Shown in pieces: positions 17,016 through 26,079 of a DNA stretch of 26,079 bases. The notes below the pieces were generated by a model that searched no databases, had not been told where the DNA came from, and worked only from the letters and a program-made list of their open reading frames with translations. The DNA is from Candidatus Velthaea sp. (GTDB lineage: Bacteria > Vulcanimicrobiota > Vulcanimicrobiia > Vulcanimicrobiales > Vulcanimicrobiaceae): the NCBI GenBank assembly GCA_965214935.1, contig CBDCCS010000009.1:1-26079 (forward strand), written 5' to 3'. Position 1 is the stretch's first letter, and each line of letters starts with the position of its first letter. The translations under genes and the position numbers were made by a program.

Positions 17016-17087
17016 TGGGCCCGGCTGGATTTGAACCAGCGCGCTACCAGTTATGAGCCGGCTGCTCTACCGCTGAGCTACGGGCCC
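17016..17087 (-). tRNA. tRNA-Ile2 (CAT, lysidine-modified) - elongator tRNA-Met less likely
   Basis: GGGCCCGTAGCTCAGCGGTAGAGCAGCCGGCTCATAACTGGTAGCGCGCTGGTTCAAATCCAGCCGGGCCCA has anticodon CAT, C4:G69 and C5:G68 pairs typical of TilS substrates, and G1:C72 (not initiator). CCA is not encoded. Confidence 0.9.
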
Positions 17088-17351
17088 GCGAATGGTCCAT
17101 CTTGCCCGCCTGGCGCAACCGACCCTGCCGCACGGAGCCGTGCCATCTGGTAGCGCTGACGGAGCCCAAGCGCGTCGGGCCCGGCGTCGCCGGCCCTGTC
17201 AGGCTCGGCATAACAAGGATAGATCAAACCCGCAGCCGCCAGATTTTGCACTTCCACCAACGAAACGCCAGCCCAAGGTAGCTCCGAACAGCAATGCCGG
17301 CAAGCGCCAAATTTGAAGTTATTTGCGGCGGCGGCCGCTAAAAACAGGACG

Positions 17352-19013
17352 ATGGACACTCCGCACGCTTCCCGCAGCGCACGAGTCGAGATCCACGGCA
17401 GCCGGCGCTCCGCGCCGCTCGATGCCATGTCCGAGGGAGCCGTGAGTCCGGCCGATCGGACCAAGGTTACGGTGATGCTTCGGCCGCGCACCTCATCGGT
17501 CGCCTACGCCGCACAGCTCGCCATTACTCCACCGGTCGCGCGACGTTACCTCAGCCGCGACGAGTTCAGCGCACAACACGGTGCCGATCCGGCCGACATC
17601 CTCGCCGTCGAACGCTTCGCCCTTGATTTCGGGCTGTTGATTCTTGAAGCCGATGTCGCCCGCCGCGCGGTCGTTCTCGAGGGCACGCTCGAAGCACTCA
17701 GCGCTGCCTTCGAGGCGCAGCTCGAAACGTTCAGCCAAGCCGGTTTGCGCTTTCGCGGCCGCACCGGCGTAATGACGATTCCACAAGCGCTGGGACCGAT
17801 CGTGCGCGGCGTTTTCGGCCTCGACGAGCGGCCCGTGGCCCGCACGCATTTTCGCCGCGCCGCCCGTCCGGCAGCGAGTCCGCAAGCATCGTTCACGCCG
17901 CGCCAGATTGCCAACGCCTATGCGTTTCCGACCGGCGTCGACGGCACCGGCCAAACGATCGCGATCGTCGAGCTTGGCGGCGGCTACGCGCTGACCGACA
18001 TGACGACCTACTTTACGACATTGGGTCTGCATGTGCCGACGATCTCCAACGTATCGGTGGACGGCGCGGCAAATACGCCGACCGGCGACCCCAACAGCGC
18101 GGACGCCGAAGTCGCGCTCGACATCGAAGTTGCCGGTGCGGTCGCGAACGGCGCGAAATTCGTCGTCTACTTTGGCCCCAACACCGACCAAGGTTTTCTC
18201 GACGCCGTGACTACGGCGATTCACGATAGCGTTAACAATCCGACGATCGTGTCGATTAGTTGGGGCGGACCCGAATCGGGCTGGACCGCCCAAGCGCAAT
18301 CGAATTTCGATACGGCTTTCGCCGACGCGGCGACGTTGGGCATCACGATCTGCGTGGCGGCCGGCGATAACGGGTCGTCCGACGGCGTCAGCGACGGTAA
18401 AGCGCACGTTGATTTTCCGGCGTCGAGCCCGCACGTGCTGGCGTGCGGCGGAACTACCCTCGCCGCGAGCGGGTCGACGATCCGCAGCGAAACGGTATGG
18501 AATGACGGCGCGCAAGGCGGCGCGACCGGCGGTGGCGTAAGCGAAACGTTTCCGCTTCCCACCTGGCAGCAGCATGCCGGCGTTCCGCCGTCGGTTAATG
18601 CCGGCAGCCACATCGGCCGCGGCGTTCCCGACGTCGCGGGCGACGCCGATCCGCAAACCGGCTACGTCACGTTGGTCGATGGGCAAAACGGCGTCGTCGG
18701 CGGCACGAGCGCCGTGGCCCCGTTGTGGGCCGCCCTAACCGCGCTCATCAATGAAAAGTCCGGGGTGCGACTCGGATTCTACAACGCCATCTTGTACGGT
18801 GCTGCCAAAACCGGGCTGAACGATATAACGGTCGGCAACAACGGTGCATATACCGCCGGTCCCGGCTGGGATGCGTGCACCGGACTTGGTAGCCCGAACG
18901 GCTCACTCCTGGCAAGCGCGCTTGCCGCGCCGGCAACGGCCTCCCAAACGCCGATCCCGAGTGTATCGGGCGAAGAGTCCCCCCGACTGCTCGAACAACG
19001 CTACGAGCGCTAA
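17352..19013 (+). CDS. S53 (sedolisin/kumamolisin-like) serine-carboxyl peptidase with prodomain
   Basis: Prodomain (YLSRDEFSAQHGADPADI...VFGLDERP), catalytic EVALDIE, AAGDNG and GGTSAVAP, and Ca site GWDACTGLGSP. AGGA before ATG 17352. Confidence 0.95.
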   Translation: MDTPHASRSARVEIHGSRRSAPLDAMSEGAVSPADRTKVTVMLRPRTSSVAYAAQLAITPPVARRYLSRDEFSAQHGADPADILAVERFALDFGLLILEADVARRAVVLEGTLEALSAAFEAQLETFSQAGLRFRGRTGVMTIPQALGPIVRGVFGLDERPVARTHFRRAARPAASPQASFTPRQIANAYAFPTGVDGTGQTIAIVELGGGYALTDMTTYFTTLGLHVPTISNVSVDGAANTPTGDPNSADAEVALDIEVAGAVANGAKFVVYFGPNTDQGFLDAVTTAIHDSVNNPTIVSISWGGPESGWTAQAQSNFDTAFADAATLGITICVAAGDNGSSDGVSDGKAHVDFPASSPHVLACGGTTLAASGSTIRSETVWNDGAQGGATGGGVSETFPLPTWQQHAGVPPSVNAGSHIGRGVPDVAGDADPQTGYVTLVDGQNGVVGGTSAVAPLWAALTALINEKSGVRLGFYNAILYGAAKTGLNDITVGNNGAYTAGPGWDACTGLGSPNGSLLASALAAPATASQTPIPSVSGEESPRLLEQRYER

Positions 19014-19096
19014 CGCGTTGTCAGCTTACGTCGAGACCTGACGAGATCGGTTCAAGCTCAAGAGTAGTTCGTCGTCGAACGCGGCCAAGAACGCGT

Positions 19097-20503
19097 CTAT
19101 TTTCGCAGCCACCGTTGCTGCGCCACGTACACCGGAAAACTCGCTGCGACGATGGCCAGACCGATGAGCGAATCGCGCGGACTGCTCACGAACGTTTGCA
19201 CCAACAACCAACCGCCGGCGACGATCACCACGGCCGGCACGAACGGGTAGCCCGAAATGCGATACGGCCGCACCAGCTGCGGCTCGCGCCGGCGTAACAC
19301 AAATAGCGCGCCGGCCGTGGCCACGAAAAAGATCCAACTGTTAAAGACCAAGTAGTCGCTGAGCGTATCGAACGATCCCGACAGCACGAGCACTGCGGCA
19401 ATGACGCCGTTGGCCAGCAACGCATTAACCGGAACGCGTGCGCGCGGCGACAAGCGCGCCAGCGCGCCCAGTGCAGGCATGTCCTCGCCGAACGCATAGC
19501 TGACGCGCGAAACGGTAAGGATCGTCACGTGCAAAGTCGCGGCCACCGAAGCGAATAACAGCGCCGCCGCAACACTGCGCCACACCGGCCCCAAGAGCGT
19601 TTCGACAACTCGGATACCGACGGAAACGCCGGGCGCGAGATTAGCGATCGCCAGTGGTCCAAGAACGTAGACAAAGGCCGTGTTCGACAGTACGTAACCC
19701 GTAATGACAACACCGACGGCAACGCTCAACGCGAGCGGAAACGTCCGACCCGGATTGCGAATTTCGCCCGCGACGAGCGTTACCGATTGCCAACCTTGAT
19801 ACGCGTAGAGCGCGCCGATGAGCGCCGCTGCGAAGCCGGCGACGCCGAAGCGCGCCGCGGGCGCCACACCGCTGCACGATCCGGCCGCGGCGTCGGCCGT
19901 AAACATGGCCGCGCTCCCGTGCCCGGCGGCAAAACCCGCGACTGTAATCGCCACCAACATTGCAATCTTCAGCACGGCGAAGACGGTCGCGATGCGGCCG
20001 TTCACCAGCGCCGGTGCGCAATTGATCGCGGTGACCACCGCGATGAGGACGATTGCCGCCGATTGCAAGCCGGTTACGCTAAACCGCGGGCCGTACAACT
20101 CGAGCGACGGCAGCCGATCCAGCGCGCCACCCGACAGAACGTTAAAGAAGATGGCCGCTCCGGCCGCCAACGCCGCGGACGACGCCGGTCCGCCGATGAA
20201 CAGCGACGTCCAGCCATACGCAAACGCGACGGCCCGGCCGTAGGCGCGCCGCAGAAACGCGTAGATTCCGCCGGATTCCGGCAACGCGGCACTGAGTTCG
20301 GCTAACGTCAACGAACCGCACAATGCCAGCAGTCCGGCGACTACCCAGGCCGCAAGCATCGTTAACGGCCACTCGACGTTGCACAGCATGACGCGGGCCT
20401 TGAGGAACACGCCCTGACCCACCATATTGGCAACGATGATGGCGCAGGTGGCCGTGAATCCAAGCGTCCGAAGCACCGTTAACTTCGCCGGCGTGGCGAT
20501 CAT
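19097..20503 (-). CDS. APC-family (LAT/SteT-like) amino acid permease
   Basis: About 12 TM segments; motifs ANMVGQGVF, AELSAALPESGGIYAFLRRAYG, YAYQGW...GEIRNP and RPYRISGYP. Confidence 0.93.
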   Translation of the reverse strand: MIATPAKLTVLRTLGFTATCAIIVANMVGQGVFLKARVMLCNVEWPLTMLAAWVVAGLLALCGSLTLAELSAALPESGGIYAFLRRAYGRAVAFAYGWTSLFIGGPASSAALAAGAAIFFNVLSGGALDRLPSLELYGPRFSVTGLQSAAIVLIAVVTAINCAPALVNGRIATVFAVLKIAMLVAITVAGFAAGHGSAAMFTADAAAGSCSGVAPAARFGVAGFAAALIGALYAYQGWQSVTLVAGEIRNPGRTFPLALSVAVGVVITGYVLSNTAFVYVLGPLAIANLAPGVSVGIRVVETLLGPVWRSVAAALLFASVAATLHVTILTVSRVSYAFGEDMPALGALARLSPRARVPVNALLANGVIAAVLVLSGSFDTLSDYLVFNSWIFFVATAGALFVLRRREPQLVRPYRISGYPFVPAVVIVAGGWLLVQTFVSSPRDSLIGLAIVAASFPVYVAQQRWLRK

Positions 20504-20623
20504 CTTCGCAAACTACCCAGCAAACGGCGGATCACCTTGCGCATTCGCGCAGGCGAATTCCGTCCGGCATACCGAAAGCTTCTCCCGCAACTGACTGCGA
20601 ACTGGTAGAGGGTACGTTCGGCG

Positions 20624-21634
20624 ATGATGGTCTATCCGACTCGGGCGTCATTTCTCGCGTCGACGGCGGCGATCTTTGCATCGATCGCAGTCGTTCGCGC
20701 ACCGGCGCGCGCCGCGCAGTTTTCATTCCGGACCGGAACGAATCAGGCGCCCAATCATCCCTTGAGCGTGGCCATGCGTGACATGTGCGATGCGATTAAA
20801 ACGCAAACGGCCGGCCGGTTAGACATCGCGATGTTCCCCAACAATCAGCTCGGCGGCGATACCGCCATGCTCACCCAATTGCGTTCGGGTGCGCTGCAAA
20901 TGATGACGCTCGACGGCGGCATTCTTTCGGGCGTCGTTCCGGCCGCCGCCATTCAGAGCGTTGGTTTCGCGTACAAGTCGTCCCAAGAAGCGCTAGCCGC
21001 CTTCGACGGTCCGCTGGGCGCGAACGTGCGCGGCGAGATTGAGTCGAAGGGCATGCACTGCTTCGACAATATTTGGGAGAACGGACTGCGCCAGATCACA
21101 TCGAGCACCAAGCCGATCGACAAGACCGCCGATCTCAGCAACTTCAAAATCCGCACGCCGCCCGCCAAGATCAGCCTCGATCTGTTCAAAGAACTTGGCG
21201 CATCGCCAACGCCGATTAACTTTAGCGAACTATACACCGCGCTGCAAACGCACGTCGTCGACGGTCAAGAGAATCCGCCGGCCAATATTATGACCGGACG
21301 TTTCTACGAAGTGCAAAAATACTTGAGCATGACGGGCCATCAATGGAGCGGCTACTGGTTGCTCATGAACAGCGATGCCTGGAAAAGCTTACCTGCCGAC
21401 ATTCAGACGATCGTTACGAAAAACGCCGGTATCGCGGCGCAAAAGCAACGCACGGCCGTCATCGCGGCAAACATCGCGCTCGTCGCGACGCTCAAGGGCA
21501 AAGGCATGGCCGTTAACGAAGCGGACCGGACCGGGATGCGGGCCCAGCTTGGCGGCTTCTACAAACGCTGGAAAGGCGAATTCGGCGATACCCTGTGGTC
21601 GCTATTGGAAAGCGCTACGGGTAAGTTAACCTAG
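20624..21634 (+). CDS. dctP: TRAP transporter substrate-binding protein DctP
   Basis: Motifs FPNNQLGGD, ENGLRQITS, KIRTP, LGASPTPINFSELYTALQTHVVDGQENP and EVQKYLS; N-terminal export signal. Confidence 0.92.
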   Translation: MMVYPTRASFLASTAAIFASIAVVRAPARAAQFSFRTGTNQAPNHPLSVAMRDMCDAIKTQTAGRLDIAMFPNNQLGGDTAMLTQLRSGALQMMTLDGGILSGVVPAAAIQSVGFAYKSSQEALAAFDGPLGANVRGEIESKGMHCFDNIWENGLRQITSSTKPIDKTADLSNFKIRTPPAKISLDLFKELGASPTPINFSELYTALQTHVVDGQENPPANIMTGRFYEVQKYLSMTGHQWSGYWLLMNSDAWKSLPADIQTIVTKNAGIAAQKQRTAVIAANIALVATLKGKGMAVNEADRTGMRAQLGGFYKRWKGEFGDTLWSLLESATGKLT

Positions 21635-21694
21635 AGGGCGTTGGGCTTAGCCGACACCTGACGAACGAATGGCTCGGGCAAAGCGAAACGCAAC

Positions 21695-21713
21695 AAGTTC
21701 ACCGAAAGTGAAC

Positions 21714-21715
<2 letters not shown>
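21695..21715 (-). terminator. Stem-loop at the eno stop between convergent dctP and eno; probable terminator
   Basis: AAGTTCAC-CGAAA-GTGAACTT forms an 8-bp perfect stem overlapping the eno TAA. The U-tract is only partial. Confidence 0.5.
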
Positions 21716-23494
<1,779 letters not shown>

Positions 23495-23510
23495 AGCGGG
23501 GAGGTGATAC

Positions 23511-24338
23511 GTGCCGAAGCCGACCGCACCTCTCGATGCGCAACGCGTCCGGACGGAACTCGCCGGCAGCCGGTTCGCCGATCTTCGTTATGTTGCGCAC
23601 ACCGCAAGCACGAATGCGGATGTCCAAGCGTTGCTCGGCGATGTGGGTGCATACGGCACAACCGTGGTTGCCGAATATCAATCGGCCGGCGCCGGACGCA
23701 AAGGCCGGCGCTGGTTCGCGCCGCCCGGAGCGGCGTTGCTCTTTACAGCGATCCTGCCCGGCGCAATCGACGCCGCGGCGCTGTGGGCGGTGCCGTTTTG
23801 GATCGCGCTCGCGGTCGCCCAAGCCGTCGAGCAGCAGTGCGGCGTCGAGCTCGACCTCGTTTGGCCCAACGATCTGCACGCGCGCGGCGGAAAAACCGGT
23901 GGTATTCTGTCGGTCGCGCGCATCGCCGGTGACGCCGCGTGGGTGGGTTGCGGCGTCGGCATCAACGTTTATCGGCCGGCCGCCGATACCGATCTCGACG
24001 CCTTGCGACCGCAACCCGTATTTCTCGACACACTCGCACCGCACGTCGAGCGCGAGGCGCTACTCGTTACGCTGTTGCGCACCTTCGACCGCTCGTTCGA
24101 GGACTTGCGCGACCCCGGCGCGGGTCGCGACGCATTGGGAACAGCGCGCCAACTTACGCGGGCACCGGTGTACCGGTACGTGCGCGATACCGGCGGACGC
24201 GCCTGCGACGGTGTTGCCCAACGCTTAGGGCCGCACGGATCGCTTGTCGTTCGCGGCTCAGACGGCGAAACGGCGATCGACATGGCCGATGTGCGCGTTA
24301 TCGGCCGTGCGCCGGCCGGCGCAAAATCGACGCCGTGA
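23511..24338 (+). CDS. birA: Biotin--[acetyl-CoA-carboxylase] ligase, monofunctional (no N-terminal HTH)
   Basis: Motifs TASTN, VVAEYQSAGAGRKGRRW, WPND, KTGGIL and GVGINV. Perfect GGAGGTGA RBS before the GTG. Confidence 0.9.
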   Translation: MPKPTAPLDAQRVRTELAGSRFADLRYVAHTASTNADVQALLGDVGAYGTTVVAEYQSAGAGRKGRRWFAPPGAALLFTAILPGAIDAAALWAVPFWIALAVAQAVEQQCGVELDLVWPNDLHARGGKTGGILSVARIAGDAAWVGCGVGINVYRPAADTDLDALRPQPVFLDTLAPHVEREALLVTLLRTFDRSFEDLRDPGAGRDALGTARQLTRAPVYRYVRDTGGRACDGVAQRLGPHGSLVVRGSDGETAIDMADVRVIGRAPAGAKSTP

Positions 24339-25349
24339 TTACCAGCGCAGCAGCAGTCCGGCTTCAACCAGCCCGCCGCCGAAGCCGTAGAGGAGCACGA
24401 CATCGCCGCGCTGGATGCGGCCGTCGGCGATTGCGGGCGCGAGAGCCAGCGGAATCGACGCCGATGAGGTGTTTCCGAACCACTGCATGCTCGTTAAGGT
24501 GCGCTCGCCGGAGATACCGCTGCGCTCGCACACCGACTCGATCATACGCATATTCGCACTGTGCGGGACGAACCAATCCACCTCGCGCGCCGCGAGGTTC
24601 GCGCTTTTGAGCAGTTCGCCGATCCCGGCCGAAACATGCGTCACGACCCACTCGTACACGGCGCGCCCGTTCTGGCGCATCACGGGCTGCGGCTCGATAA
24701 TTCCGGCAATCTCTTTCCGCAGCGACGTTAGAAATAAGTGCTTGCCCGCGGCGCCGTCGCTATTGAGCCGGCGCGCTAAAATACCGCTGCCGCCACCATC
24801 GTCTGCAGTCACCAGCGCCGCGCCCGCGCCGTCGCCAAACAGGATACACATCGCGCGATCGGTGTAATCGGTAATTTTTGTTAGTGTTTCACCGGCCACC
24901 ACGAGCACGTTGCGCGCGCGCCCAGTCGAGATGAGCGCATCGGCGAGATCGAGTGAATATGCAAAACCCGCACACGCGGCCGAGACGTCGATGGCGCCGA
25001 CGTTGCGCATGCCTAATTTGTCCTGAACGATCGCGGCCACACTCGGAAACTGGTAATCAGGCGAGATCGTCGCCGCGATGATGTAGTCGACGGCATCGAG
25101 CGCCGCGCCTTGCTCGACGAGCGCCGCGACGGCTCCCAAGCACAAGTCGCTGGTAAATTCATCGATTCGTGATTTGCGGCGCTCGCGAATGCCGGTGCGG
25201 CGCCGGATCCACGCGTCGTCGGTGTCGATCATCGACGCCAAATCGTCGTTCGTGATCCGCTGCTCGGGAACGTAGGTTCCTAAGCCGGCGATCCGCAGCG
25301 ACGTGCGAACGAGCGGTTTCCGCACGGGGGCGGTGGCGGTTAGCTCCAT
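24339..25349 (-). CDS. fabH: 3-oxoacyl-[ACP] synthase III (FabH/KAS III)
   Basis: WIRRRTGIRERR; catalytic Cys in AACAGF, LFGDGAGA, His in FVPHSAN, Asn in GNTSSASIP; GFGGG. Confidence 0.93.
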   Translation of the reverse strand: MELTATAPVRKPLVRTSLRIAGLGTYVPEQRITNDDLASMIDTDDAWIRRRTGIRERRKSRIDEFTSDLCLGAVAALVEQGAALDAVDYIIAATISPDYQFPSVAAIVQDKLGMRNVGAIDVSAACAGFAYSLDLADALISTGRARNVLVVAGETLTKITDYTDRAMCILFGDGAGAALVTADDGGGSGILARRLNSDGAAGKHLFLTSLRKEIAGIIEPQPVMRQNGRAVYEWVVTHVSAGIGELLKSANLAAREVDWFVPHSANMRMIESVCERSGISGERTLTSMQWFGNTSSASIPLALAPAIADGRIQRGDVVLLYGFGGGLVEAGLLLRW

Positions 25350-25383
25350 ACCCGGTGGGCTTTCGCGGCGGCAACCGCACTGC

Positions 25384-26079
25384 CTATGTCGTCACGACCT
25401 CATCCCGGAGGTCACGTTCGCGCGCGGCGGCGGCTCGTGCAGCGGGCGTGCCGTACCCGCCTCCGCCGGCGGTTTGCACCTCGATGACGTCGCCCGGGAC
25501 GAACGGGAAGCTGGTTTTCGCCGGCAGCTTCGTCCGGCCGCCGGCCGAGATCAGGTGATGCGACCCGCTGCTCCCAGCGCCGCCGCCCGCTAGCCCGCGC
25601 GGGCTGAGTTCGTGGCGGTCGGCCAGCAACGACACCGTCGCCGATCCGCCCGTCAGTTGCACGGCGCGAATGAGGCCGCAGCCGCCGCGATACGTGCCGT
25701 CTCCGGACGTTCCCGCAGCGAATTCATAGCGCGTGATGCGCAGCGGAAAATCGCGTTCGATTGCTTCGATCGGCGTGTTGAGCGTGTTCGTCATGTGCGC
25801 TTGAATGCCGTCGATCCCGTCCGCCTGCGGTCGCGCGCCCATGCCGCAGCCATTCGTTTCGTAGAACGACCAGCTGCGGCCGTCGGGGTCGACGCCGCCG
25901 ATGATGACGTTGTTCATCGACCCGCCGCTCTGGGCCGGCACCCGCCCGGGAGCGATCTGCGCGAAGGCCGCCAGCACCAAATCGGCGTTGCGCATCGACG
26001 TTTCGACGTTTCCGCCCGAGACCGGGGCCGGTCGCCGCGGATTGAGCACGCTACCCTCCGGAACCTCGATCGTGAACGG
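25384..26079 (-). CDS. Hydantoinase B/5-oxoprolinase family protein (C-terminal part; 5'-partial)
   Basis: Motifs PVSGGNVETS, YETNGCGMGA, HMTNTLNTPIEAIE, GTYRGGCG and TAGGGGYG. Confidence 0.92.
   Translation of the reverse strand, partial: PFTIEVPEGSVLNPRRPAPVSGGNVETSMRNADLVLAAFAQIAPGRVPAQSGGSMNNVIIGGVDPDGRSWSFYETNGCGMGARPQADGIDGIQAHMTNTLNTPIEAIERDFPLRITRYEFAAGTSGDGTYRGGCGLIRAVQLTGGSATVSLLADRHELSPRGLAGGGAGSSGSHHLISAGGRTKLPAKTSFPFVPGDVIEVQTAGGGGYGTPAARAAAARERDLRDEVVTT

Noticed and set aside
17493..18686. 397-aa minus-strand ORF
   Set aside because: Antisense shadow of the S53 peptidase, typical of GC-rich codon usage.
21635..21694. Hammerhead-like core (GCGTT...CTGACGA...GAAACGC)
   Set aside because: The core words are present, but stems I and II cannot form next to them (no closing pairs after CTGACGA or before GAAA).

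Overview
GC-rich bacterial window with two parts, split by a minus-strand tRNA pair (tRNA-Ile2-CAT, tRNA-Glu-TTC) at about 16.9-17.1 kb. The left part looks accessory. It holds a 5'-truncated AraC regulator, a complete IS3-family element with a -1 frameshift signal, and a minus-strand operon (alpha/beta hydrolase, PaoABC/YagTSR-like molybdo-flavoenzyme, CMD/AhpD protein). It also has a methyltransferase remnant, an SMI1/KNR4-like gene, a 799-aa multidomain OmpA-family protein and a hairpin-dense ~500-bp intergenic segment. A ZAS anti-sigma-like gene plus ABC exporter lacks its sigma factor, and a decayed AbiEii toxin gene lies just past the tRNA-Glu 3' end. The right part is housekeeping: S53 peptidase, APC permease, orphan TRAP DctP, eno, ndk, birA, fabH and a partial hydantoinase B/oxoprolinase. 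eno, ndk and birA carry several +1 insertions in short G/C runs, most likely sequencing or consensus errors. No CRISPR array, integrase or rRNA was seen. All product calls rest on motif recognition by eye; no database searches were run.
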